Shown one piece after another: positions 9,673 to 20,200 of a stretch of DNA of 64,000 nt. The stretch is from positions 1 to 64,000 of IMG/VR virus record IMGVR_UViG_3300032288_004702, one strand, 5' to 3'. Position numbers and translations under genes: made by a program. Under the pieces are notes generated by a model, which had not been told where the DNA came from, did not search any database, and saw nothing but the letters and a program-made list of their open reading frames with translations. The stretch comes from a virus. Numbering within the stretch: position 1 is the stretch's first letter; each line of letters starts with the position of its first letter.

Positions 9673-9708
9673 AAAATAACAGATGATTGACATTATTCAG
9701 TGGAACTA
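9673..9708 (-). promoter_or_regulatory. putative late promoter of the MCP
   Basis: TAGTTCCAC-N21-TATTTT; same architecture as four other structural-gene promoters. Confidence 0.65.
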
Positions 9709-9754
9709 ATAATATTTTGCAATTAAAGTGTGTAAATAGATAGAGCGTAAATTT

Positions 9755-10414
9755 CTAGCGCAATTCTTCGGCTAGCGAGCTCTTTCTTTTAACAGTCGCG
9801 CGTGATGGTTCCCGGAGAACTGTTCGCACAGCTTGTCTAGTTTCTTCTTCACGACGCTTGCTCATATTTCTCCTGCCGAGGGCAGTTGAGCCAGTTCTAT
9901 TCGCATAATCAGTCATGTTGGTGCATGGCATCCAGACTGTCCTGCCAGCCTTACTGATTCTTCTACTTATCCCTATACAGCCAAGCTGTCTTGAGCGCGC
10001 CCTGGCGGATTCGGCGTCCATAAATACGTCGGCATCATTATCTCTGACGAACTCCGGGCCAACACCTTTCGAGCCACAACAGTCAAGAGTTTTCCCGCTA
10101 AAACTTGGCGAGGAGACTATTCCCCCGCCATCAAGCGAACCTATTCCCCTGATTGGGGCCTCCGTTAAATTTTCCCACCCCTGGACGTGGCGACGACGGT
10201 TTTTGCCCTTTCGCCTTCCCTGTGATGATTTTCCGTCAGGAACAACAGTTCTCCATTTTGAAGTCTCCGCAACATTGGAGATTCTCTCTAGCTCTTCCAT
10301 GGATGAGCACGGCATCCAGTTGCCGTCCTCCCCCTTGTGCGCGCCGGAGCAACCAATGTCGCGAGCAAGCCTGAGGGCCTCTGCCTTCTTGACGAGCTCT
10401 TTTTTATCGGCCAT
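9755..10414 (-). CDS. head-module protein with two GCxG...WMPC repeats
   Basis: ARDIGCSGAH...WMPCSS and SRQLGCIGIS...WMPCTN. Confidence 0.75.
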   Translation of the reverse strand: MADKKELVKKAEALRLARDIGCSGAHKGEDGNWMPCSSMEELERISNVAETSKWRTVVPDGKSSQGRRKGKNRRRHVQGWENLTEAPIRGIGSLDGGGIVSSPSFSGKTLDCCGSKGVGPEFVRDNDADVFMDAESARARSRQLGCIGISRRISKAGRTVWMPCTNMTDYANRTGSTALGRRNMSKRREEETRQAVRTVLREPSRATVKRKSSLAEELR

Positions 10415-11090
10415 GTCTAATCTGTTTTCTTGCTACCGATACACGCGCCATCAGAGGTTCACCCGTGGCAGCATGTGGCGACCTGTCGCCCAATAGTGCT
10501 TTTGCCCTGCGCGCCGCTCTTCTTGATGTCGTAAATACGAATGTTTTTTCTGCTGTTTTTCTAATAAAACTATCGGAAAAGCTGCTTTTAATTAGGTCGT
10601 ATTCAATGTGTCCGAGTGGGTTCTTGCTGTTAACCAAAACCTTCCCAAGAGAATCATTAAAAATAACTTTACCTGAAGCTATTTTTCTCAGTAGCTCGGA
10701 TTTTTTACTTGAGTTCTTAAATGCTCCGGCCTTGAATGCAACAGCGTTTATTTTTGCATGAGGTTTTACAAACTTGGATAGCGATAAAGATGAGGCCCTT
10801 AGCTTTTGGTTGCCTACAACATTAGATACAGAACCGCTGTACGAAAACCCCGGAGTATCAACGGCAGTTATTGCGGTTTCGGAATCTGAAACTACTGATT
10901 TTTCACTGAACCCAGTAAACACAAAGCCAGCAGGAATAGTGTTTGCTATGTCGTTCGCCTTAAATGATGTTTCAGAAATTATTGACTTTCCGAACTCAGT
11001 AATAGACTTTACCTGTATCCCGTTATCAGAGATTGTCGCCATAACGTGCGGCATCCCACGAAATGCATCTTTTATAAAACCGACTTTCAT
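10404..11090 (-). CDS. hypothetical head-module protein
   Basis: 228-aa ORF overlapping both neighbours. Confidence 0.7.
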   Translation of the reverse strand: MKVGFIKDAFRGMPHVMATISDNGIQVKSITEFGKSIISETSFKANDIANTIPAGFVFTGFSEKSVVSDSETAITAVDTPGFSYSGSVSNVVGNQKLRASSLSLSKFVKPHAKINAVAFKAGAFKNSSKKSELLRKIASGKVIFNDSLGKVLVNSKNPLGHIEYDLIKSSFSDSFIRKTAEKTFVFTTSRRAARRAKALLGDRSPHAATGEPLMARVSVARKQIRHGR

Positions 11091-13120
11091 TGGTTAGCTC
11101 CAGTTATAAGTCTGCGGAGAGTATTTTTTTGACCCCTAAGCACATCGAGCCGTGATTCAAACAGCTTTTCAATGATATTAAGGTGTATTTTTTCACCATC
11201 GGACATTCCGTATTGGTTCATTGAATCGGTGAAAGAGTTGGGATTGAACTTTCTTGCTCTGTTAATTAATTCAGATAGATAGCGCATAAAGATAACTCTT
11301 TGCTCAGCCTTCAATGCCTGGTAGTAGTCGGAGTATGACGGAGTTAGTTGTGTTGCATAAAAGTCATCTATGCGCATTTTCATACGTTTTGTTATTTCAA
11401 TTTTTGACAAATCGACGAGGCCGGAAGTTGAGTTTTGACCAAGCACTAGCCGGCGGGCATCAGGTGTATCAAGTGTGTATATTGACGTCATTGGACGTTC
11501 TCTTTGGTCTGTTAGGAAGTCAGAGATAAGCATTGCGGCAACATCACGTGGCTCAAGTTCGTTGAACTTTGCATCAGGATTAAAATTGCTCCCAGGTATT
11601 GCCGATGTTACGTCTTGACGTAGGAACTGGCGTGTTTCTGATGCTTTTCCCGAAAATATAACGTCAGGTGATTCGAGGCCTAGGACCTGCTGGACATCAG
11701 AAGCGAACCGCTCTCCAAGATGCTGAAAGCGTGATGGTTTTTCGTAGAGAAATAGTTGCTCTGATGGCGTTGAGATGGCCGTTATGTTGTTTGCCAGCTT
11801 TTGTTTTTGGATAACTCCAGTTTTTGACAACACTTTTGGCATTATTGATGGGTCAATTGCCGAAAGTTGGCCGCCCTCAACAATGTGCTGTATAGCCGAA
11901 TCTACGCTGGTAATAAGCTTGCGTCGTGGTCCAAAAGTTTCTGTGTTTCTTATGGATGACGAATCTGGCTTGGAAGAAAGTCTTCCGCCCCAGACTTGAG
12001 ATGCCCAGCTAACTCTTCCCTTTAGAACTTCATTTGGATTTTTTACACCAACAAAATTCTCCGAGTACTTAAGTCCGCCATCTATTTCTGCGGCAACAGC
12101 TCTAAGTTTTTTTGCAGGGTCACGAGAGTTATCGATTGACGATACTTCATTGACGACCCTGCCCAGCTTGCGCCTCTCTCCGATTTCCAACTGGCGAGCT
12201 TTTTCTAGTGTTATAGAAGAGCCACCGGGAAGAACATATATAAGTGACGTTATGCCGGTATTCGAAAGAAGGCCAAGCTCTTCTCCTCCGATATCCTTTG
12301 GGGACAGTGCCGACATAATAAATGCCGCCCCCTCCATGTCTCGGTTATCCGGTATTGCTCTTAGCACCTTATTGGGAACTACTGGTTCGAGCACGAAGCC
12401 GTCACGACGAACCATTCTCCGAACTTTTATTCCCGAATCCCTATTGAATGTCCCAATAGATGATATTGCGTCTTTAATTCTGCTTGACGAAACTCGCGGA
12501 TTAGAGTTTGTAACTTTTGGAATCTGCGGAGCTCGAGAAACAATTATTGAACTGTCGTAAGGTGCTCCAGTTATTTCGCGACCACGAGTTTGTGGGGAAA
12601 TTCCCGATGTCAGGGCCCGTCTGCCGGCCCCAATTGCAGCGCCGAGGGCCGACGGTATGTCGAATAGTTTTGCACCACACGTGGACAGGCGGTTGTCCGT
12701 AAATCTTCCACCGTATTGATAACCCTCCGGGCATCTATGTGCGCGATTTTCTCCTGGCCGCGAACCGCCCCTGCCCCCTCCACCAAAACCTGGAGTGATT
12801 GTTCTGTAAAACGCAGAACGAACCGGCGACCTAAGCGGCCCCATGTCCCCTGGTGTTATTGTGCTTAATATACTGCTTGCTATTTGACGCCCAGCGTTTG
12901 CCTTGAACTGAATCCCGCTTGCGCTGTTTGGTTTGCCTGTTCGTCTTATGCTCCCAAATCTTTTGGCAAGAGCTTTATATTCCGTAATTTTCCCACTAGC
13001 TACCTTAACTCCACGTATGTAGTCGACATGCTGTTTTTGGGCAGGATTAAATAAGATAACCCTGGTTACAAGAACATCATGACCACCACAGCAGCGGTCG
13101 GTCTCAGCCACAGCACTCAT
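11087..13120 (-). CDS. putative virion cargo protein with a degenerate HipA/PI3K-like kinase C-terminal domain
   Basis: RCPEGYQYGGRFTD motif; C-terminal KP...GERFASDV..VLGLESP...DFLTDQRERPMTSI resembles the kinase fold with catalytic Asp substituted. Confidence 0.55.
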   Translation of the reverse strand: MSAVAETDRCCGGHDVLVTRVILFNPAQKQHVDYIRGVKVASGKITEYKALAKRFGSIRRTGKPNSASGIQFKANAGRQIASSILSTITPGDMGPLRSPVRSAFYRTITPGFGGGGRGGSRPGENRAHRCPEGYQYGGRFTDNRLSTCGAKLFDIPSALGAAIGAGRRALTSGISPQTRGREITGAPYDSSIIVSRAPQIPKVTNSNPRVSSSRIKDAISSIGTFNRDSGIKVRRMVRRDGFVLEPVVPNKVLRAIPDNRDMEGAAFIMSALSPKDIGGEELGLLSNTGITSLIYVLPGGSSITLEKARQLEIGERRKLGRVVNEVSSIDNSRDPAKKLRAVAAEIDGGLKYSENFVGVKNPNEVLKGRVSWASQVWGGRLSSKPDSSSIRNTETFGPRRKLITSVDSAIQHIVEGGQLSAIDPSIMPKVLSKTGVIQKQKLANNITAISTPSEQLFLYEKPSRFQHLGERFASDVQQVLGLESPDVIFSGKASETRQFLRQDVTSAIPGSNFNPDAKFNELEPRDVAAMLISDFLTDQRERPMTSIYTLDTPDARRLVLGQNSTSGLVDLSKIEITKRMKMRIDDFYATQLTPSYSDYYQALKAEQRVIFMRYLSELINRARKFNPNSFTDSMNQYGMSDGEKIHLNIIEKLFESRLDVLRGQKNTLRRLITGANQ

Positions 13121-13757
13121 CCTCTATTGATTTAGACAAAATGACCGGAGAGTATGCTTTTTCTCCGGACAAATCCTCTCCCTCTATTTGCCAGTTTTCA
13201 TCATTTTGTAAGAATTTAACAAAGTCTGGCTCCATCTCGCAGAATTCCCCGAGCACCTTAATTGCGTGCTCTATATCCATCTCGGTTACTACTGCATTTT
13301 CTTGAGTTTTTGTCGATACGTCCGGATACTCATAAAAAAATATTTCAGATGAAGCATTGTCATATGCCTTCCCCGAACTTCTTATTATGTTTTTAGGTTT
13401 TTTACCGCTGAGTGACGCTGAAAATTGAGAGTCTGTCCAGTTTGTAAGTTTACGAAATTTTTTGCGACAGTTTTTCATGCCGGGGTGGTGGCACCCCTCG
13501 TTTGGCCATAGCCCTGTTGTTTCGTGGTGTAGCCACGCGCAAATGTTATTTAGTGGATACAGCTCGGGGTGATTTGCCAGTATCACCCTGCATCTCCTGA
13601 ATCCGCCAGGCTTCTTCATTATTGGACGCCAATAGCGAAGTAGTCGTTCCAGATTTCCACGCCGCGGCCCTCTGCCACGAAGAATGTCACCAGTGATGAG
13701 CTCCTGTGGAAGCAGCCCGCCAAGTGGGTCTGCCTTTATAGAATCATCAATTGACAT
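13104..13757 (-). CDS. head-module protein with RYW...GGFRRC...CAWLH...GLWP motif
   Basis: Putative C/C/H metal-binding motif of a type seen in actinophage head-region proteins. Confidence 0.7.
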   Translation of the reverse strand: MSIDDSIKADPLGGLLPQELITGDILRGRGPRRGNLERLLRYWRPIMKKPGGFRRCRVILANHPELYPLNNICAWLHHETTGLWPNEGCHHPGMKNCRKKFRKLTNWTDSQFSASLSGKKPKNIIRSSGKAYDNASSEIFFYEYPDVSTKTQENAVVTEMDIEHAIKVLGEFCEMEPDFVKFLQNDENWQIEGEDLSGEKAYSPVILSKSIEDECCG

Positions 13758-14262
13758 TTTCGGTCTCCTCTAGCTGGCGAAGAAGAAGCATCGATTTCCA
13801 TGCGAAATCACGTTCTTCCAGCGTTTTGAATTCATATATATTGACATCTAACTTTATCATTCCATCACAGCATGAATTGGTCAGCATTTTCTGTTCGATG
13901 TCCCTGTCGATAAAGGACTTGACCGCTCTTTCTGTCTTGTCAATCTTTTTCCCCTTTTTGCCAACAGATTTCTTCGCTGGCATCTTGTCAAGCATTGAGT
14001 CTTTTATCGGGCGTGTCTTTTCTATGAAAGTTTCGTACCATGCTCCAGATGTTGGATTCTTTGGCGCATCCCACAGAAATCTCTGAAAGGGTGTTGAGCG
14101 AAGCTTTCTAAAGTCGCGAGCAGTTGCCGCGATGCTCATTATGTATCCCTTTACGGTTGTTCCATCCGGTTTTTCTATTATTGCGTCTTTTTCTCCGGGC
14201 TTTGCTTCGGCGTTGTAGTACACCCTGCTGTCGTTTAGTAGGCCAACAAGTATTGATTTCAT
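13747..14262 (-). CDS. hypothetical head-module protein
   Basis: 171-aa ORF overlapping both neighbours. Confidence 0.7.
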   Translation of the reverse strand: MKSILVGLLNDSRVYYNAEAKPGEKDAIIEKPDGTTVKGYIMSIAATARDFRKLRSTPFQRFLWDAPKNPTSGAWYETFIEKTRPIKDSMLDKMPAKKSVGKKGKKIDKTERAVKSFIDRDIEQKMLTNSCCDGMIKLDVNIYEFKTLEERDFAWKSMLLLRQLEETENVN

Positions 14263-17200
14263 AGCATCCCGCCAGACGTGGAGGTTATTTGTGGCCTGCG
14301 GCTGTTCTTCATCTCTTTCATCATGTCTTTTGCTGCTTCGGTTATTTCATTTCCGATAGCTTTAATCAGGACAGACTCGACCGACTCCCCACCCTTTGCT
14401 GCCTTGGAGTGTGAGCGCGGGTCCTCTATGTTGAAGCCTGTTGGGTGGGCAAACTTAATGTTGTTCAATCCCTTGCCGGCCATATCTGTCTTAATTTTTT
14501 GCGCCGCCCTATACTGCCTCAGCATTGCCATGCTCTGCGTGTTGATGTTTTTGCCGCCACCAATTGAGTAAAAATACTGAATCTCTTCTGGCGTAAATCC
14601 AGCAGCCCTTAGCCTGTCCGCTATGGACCGCTCGTTCACTGCGTCGCTGATATCTTCTTTTTCACCGGCAGCTTCTAGTCTCTTGAATGGGATATTAATC
14701 TGTTCAATTTCATTTACATCGAATCCGCCAAGTATCTGTGCCTCAAACGGCTCTCTAGATGAGCCATCTGGGAGGTTTCTATCGAACGAATTAGGCATTG
14801 CGCCCTTTGAGCCCCTAGATGCGTTTACGTTAGAGAAGTCATTGTTGATTGATGACGACAACATATGCAGGAATGCTTCCTGTGCTTGTTGATTTCCGTT
14901 TATCCCATCAGGATTAAGGATTGCGTCGGCAACATCTTCCCTATTTCGCGAGTTCAGCTTAACTGGGCGATGCGCCGATGATATCGAGTTTCCACGACCA
15001 TAGGCAGTTCTCTCTGACACAGATGGTCTTAGGACGATTTCTATGTCACCAAATGCGGTCAAGCCGTCACCAACAACATCTTCATCGCCTATTTCGTACA
15101 CCGCGTCTGGTCTTAGATTTCCATTCCTGGAATTCATTATTTGCTGTCTCTTGGCGTCAATGTGCGACTTATGAACAAGATAGCCGCTGACCGGCAAAGA
15201 GTCGGTTGGTACGGAATCTGGAATGCCTATTCGCGAGTAGTACTCCCTTGCGTAGTTTTCCGAGGATAGACCAACAGTCTTCCCAGACTCTATGTCTTCA
15301 CCCTGGTTGGCATTATTCGCAGAACGACCACTTGATAGTCGCAATTTCGCCATTCTTCCAACATTTTCTCTACCACTGGAGAGCCTTGACGACCTCTCAA
15401 TATCAGCAGCGCGAATAATTTCATCTAGCTGGCGCTCTCTTTCTATTGCAGCAGCGCTCGGGCGTCTTGTGTCGGCTAGTCGACGCCTATTTTCAAGAGC
15501 CTCAGCGTAGTTTGCATTGTTTTTTAGGCCAACAGAACCAAGCTGGATGTAGTCGCCTTCTGCGTACTTTTCGTCAATAAGTCGTGGTGCATTTTCCGAG
15601 AGGTCGACTGATATTGCATCAAACTCCTCTTGAGTTATCGGTGATATATCTTCCTGACGGCCTTCCCACTGTAGTTCAGCACCAAGACGCGCCTCCTTAA
15701 TGCCGAAAGCGTCCTGGAACACCTTTCCAAGAGTCAAACCCTCAACAATGTCTGTTTGGACTTCGTTTGCAGACAGGGGTATTTGAAGTTCTTTAGGAAG
15801 AGACCTATTCCCTACAACAATTCCAGCCCACCTATGATGGCCGTCAAGAATGTAATTATCTTTGGTCGTTAGGATTGGCTGCATAAACCATTCCTTGCCC
15901 ATCTCTTCCAGGTACTTCTCTCTAAATTCTGAGTCAGATAGACCTGGTGACTCTTTGCGTATTCTTTCAGCTACCTCGATGGCTTTTTCCTGAATTGTTT
16001 GAGCAGTGCCGTCTACTTTTGATGCCACTAATTGCTGTTGAGATGGCGCGTATTCACTCGGGTCTACTGTTCTTAATCTGACTGCTGGGCCATTTTCTGG
16101 GTCCTCTACAGTTATTATGCCATTTAGCCAATCAATAAATGGCGTTTCAAGGTTTACCTCAGTGTCGTTCCAGTTTGTATTTTCATAAAGCCACTGTTTT
16201 GCGGCATCAGAAAGATTGTCAAAAGAAGCTGCTTTATGCTCTCGTGCCGTAGTGCCGCCGAATTCATTGCGTAGCGAATGTTTTTCAGCAATTATTTCAT
16301 ATAAAATTCCGGGGATTTCCTCGTCTGATACTGGGTCCTCTGGCTCGTCTAGCTCTGCACGCTTCTTATTTATTTTTGCAATTTTTGCGTCGAGCTCGTC
16401 GGCGAATTCTATTTCTAGCTCGCGATTGCGCTTTACTCCATCTTTTGAGGGCTCCCATTTACCCGCAGCAATTCCCGCCTTAAGCGCCATTATCGCCTTT
16501 GTGTTTTGCCCAGACGACCTACCGTTAGTCTGCGGCATTTTCGCCCTATCAATTCCTATATGCCCTGAACACATAAGGTTATTTTCCGGGTTATATAGCG
16601 AGCATAGGTCGGCCTGGTAGTTGCCAACGTACTCATCTTCCATGTCTTTTCTGGTTTTGGGGTTGTCCAGGTCAGCATCTGGATTCAACTTTGCATATTC
16701 ATCCTGGAATGCCTTCCATCTTGGATGCCCGTCTTCTATGTGTTTTTTAGCTACTTCCTTTACCTGTTTCTCAAAAGCTTTTTGCGCCTGCTCGGTCAAC
16801 CTGACATCCTGGTCCTTAACTTCAACATGGTGACCGAGCATCATGAGAGCTACTGCAGTAGAAACATCATCAACTTCATAGAGGTTTGAGTCTTTTTCGC
16901 TAATTGACTTTCTACCTGACCTTTTAACGGAACCACCAAATCTCCTTGATAGTTCAGCGTCAGACATATCATTTACGTTTTGTCCGCTGTTAATAATGTC
17001 GTCAAAGACGGATAGGGCGCGTTTTGCTACTTCTTTTTCTTGACGTCTACGCTCGGCTAAATTTTCACTTGAATCAATAGTTCTGCCTGAGGACAGACGT
17101 GATGAGCGTTGCTCTGCTGGCATCCCGGCGAGGCGCTCTGCTCTCCTAGATGCACGTGAAGCCTCGTCTGAAGGCGATGAAAACGGAGAGCGTATTGAGC

Positions 17201-20200
17201 CACCTGACGCAAGTCTTTCGATGTCTGCATCAGTCGCGCGTACCCTGACTCTTCTGTCAAAACCTTCGTGCATTCTGTACGCGGCCATCTGCGCTCTAAC
17301 TATAAGTACCTCTTCTGGAACATTAGCAATCAGGTCTGCAACTTCCGGATGAATATCACCTCGAGAAATACTGCCGTCACCGCGTCCTCCGCCAAGCGCC
17401 TTTTTGATGTTCCTCGTGATGGATGACATTCTTGATTCGCGCGACTGGGTCCTCTGCTGTCTTGTGGCAGGCCTGCCAAGAGCATCACTTTTTGTCTTTG
17501 CCATAATTGTCGCCGACGCTGCAGCTGCAGCAGCACCAGATGAAAGCCTTGATGAGCCATCTGGCAATTCATCAACACCTTCGCCGAATGAGCCCCCAGC
17601 GTCTATGACATCATCTAGCACTTCAGAAGTTGATTTAGCCGCCGACTCATCGTAGTCGCTCCGCGGGCCCGGGAATGTGTCCCCAGACGCGCGTCTCTTC
17701 GCAACATATCTGTCTGCAACAGCCTGTATCTTTTTCGAGTGGCTTTGCGCCCATATGGCATCAGTTTTATTCTTTGACAAGCTATCTGCCATACTGTCGA
17801 CAACTTCAACAGCGTCTTTCTGGTAAGAAATTTCTGCCCGTATCGTGCCATCGGAATCCCGGCCAATAATTCTCAGCCTTCCAGGCGGTGCAACAAATTT
17901 CTGTTCGCCTTCTCCGCCTGTTGCCGGGAATAGGCCACGGTCACCCTCTCTCACCTGGACAACTACGCGTCGTGAAGTTCTGCCAGTTTTGGCGTCTCTC
18001 CTGCCACGTTCTGGCATGTCTGTCTTTTTGGTTCTGCTTGTTATCACGCGACCAGAAACAAACTTATCAACATCAACTTCCTTCCCGTCCATTTTGCCCT
18101 TTAGGGCCCCTGGTTCGAAGTCGATAATCGCTTCTATTTCAAATGGGTCCGCGACAGACGTACCGTCGATTGCTTCCATCGTTGGTATTAAGAGTTTTTC
18201 GACCTGCTGAACAGCATCTGCTTCATCGGAAGACATTGGGTCAACCTCTAGGCCAAGACGCTTGAGTCTTGCGTTTCTCTTGTTCATTGCACGCCCAGCC
18301 CTTGTCTGGTTGGCGGGGTCAAGAAGCATCCCAACGTCAGATTCCGCTACGTCACCGAGCTCTTTCATGGCTTTCTTTTGTTCTGGCGTAGCTTTTACAC
18401 GTCTGCGCTCACGTGCTCCGTGGTCAGCAGCTTCTTTTGCGCTCTTGAACTTCTTGCTTGGCTTGGGTGGGGGGCTTATTGTGTCCTTTACCCTCTTATC
18501 AATATCTCTCTTAATTGCCGGAATACTCCTGGTATCTCCAGCTTCTTTTAGATTCTTTGCATGTTGGTCTTTTACAACATCGATACGCTCTGCGAGGTCT
18601 CTTGCCTCAGGCGATGCTGGGTCCATTGTTGAAAGGCGCACCTCATCGTCGGCAAGCTTGCGGATTACTTTTTTATCCGGCATACCCTTTACGCGCTCAC
18701 GCAAGTCATCTAGGTCTGCGAGCCTTGCAATTTCTTCCATTTCTCCTGCATCCAAGAGACCCTCGCGCTCCCTGATGGCCCGTACTTTTTCCTCAAAACG
18801 CTTCTTTTCGCCACTAGCGCCAACGCCATACTTTTTTCTCCATAGCTTTGATGCTTCGTCATATCTTTTACTATGAAAATCGAACTCCCTCTGGGCATCC
18901 TTTATCGCTTCTGATTTAAGAAGTTCGAGCGCACTTCTATCATCGTCTGGTAGCGATGGGTCAATTTCCATTGCACTAAAACCATCAACTCTGCGCTTAG
19001 CATCATCGCGCTGAGAGGCAATTATCGCAGCCTCGCTAAACATTTCCTCTTCTGGAAGTTCGCTGAATGCTGTCTTGAATCGCTTTATTTCCTCGCGCAG
19101 CTCCGATGCAAGTCTTTCATCCCTATCCGCAAGCGTCTCTTCAATAACGTCTTCGGGAATATCGTCCGGTACGGTAGTCGGGGTTGGGATGCGGAATACA
19201 TCGTCCATTGACTCCATAGCCGAATCGTCGTCTGCAGAGGCCCTTTCACGCGCTGCGGTGGCAAAACTGAGATTGTCCATCCACTCGAGAGCAGCGTCTA
19301 TGTCATCGCCATAGATGATTCCACGCTCACGCAGTGCCCACAATTCCGCTGCGGCCTCTAGGGCCCAAACCTCAGTGCCTTCGGCGTATACGTCACGCGG
19401 ATATGAGCCCGCAAGTGGAGCTATAGCCTTGATTCTCTCCATTGCGTCATCAAGTGACTCTATGTTTATCGAGTCGGCAACGTCTGTCATTATTGCCATG
19501 ATGTCATCGCCGTTTAGAGCATAAATAGAGTCAACATTCCTTGAGCCGACTGCGACCCCATCGCGCATTATAGGAACAGATATGAAACCCTTTTCGTCTA
19601 TTTCATTTTGAATCTTTTCGACAAACAATTGAGCCTGTCTGTGGTGTGCCAACTCGTGGAGCATAATGTGCCCCGAAAAAGAGTAAACGCCATCGATTAG
19701 GCCTGCCATCCCGCGAGCCGCATAGTCGGCGTTAACCAAAAAGTCAGCCACTGCTAGGCGAGATTCAGCTTCGCTTCTTGCTCCAACTGCAGAAATCGCA
19801 AGACGTTCATCTGGCCTCATATCGGGGAGCATTGACTCCTGGTTTGCCAGAATCATCCCCATATTTATGTGTATGACGCTTCGCAGTTCCCCCGGAACCT
19901 TGCGCATAACTGGATTGCCATCGCGGTCAAGAACTGGTGTTCCGTCTGGATTTAGTCGTGGAACAAGTTCTGGTGCGGACCTATAAACACCTGTTCCAGC
20001 TTCATCTGGGGAGTTAAAGTCATATTCGATTCTGCCCAAAAATCTTGTGCTGGATGGGTCCTTCATGAACTGGTCAAGAAGTGTTTCGAATAATGCTTTC
20101 TCCGTATCTTGGTAGCGCTTCACGTCAGCATCAAGAAGTCGAGTTTGCTCTTCTTTAGACAAAGAAGGCCAGCCAGGTATTGATTCAAGACGTGCTTCAG

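Noticed and set aside
15372-17096. Classical intein within the 2401-aa protein
   Set aside because: No HINT blocks, terminal HN or LAGLIDADG motifs; the insert is ParB-like.
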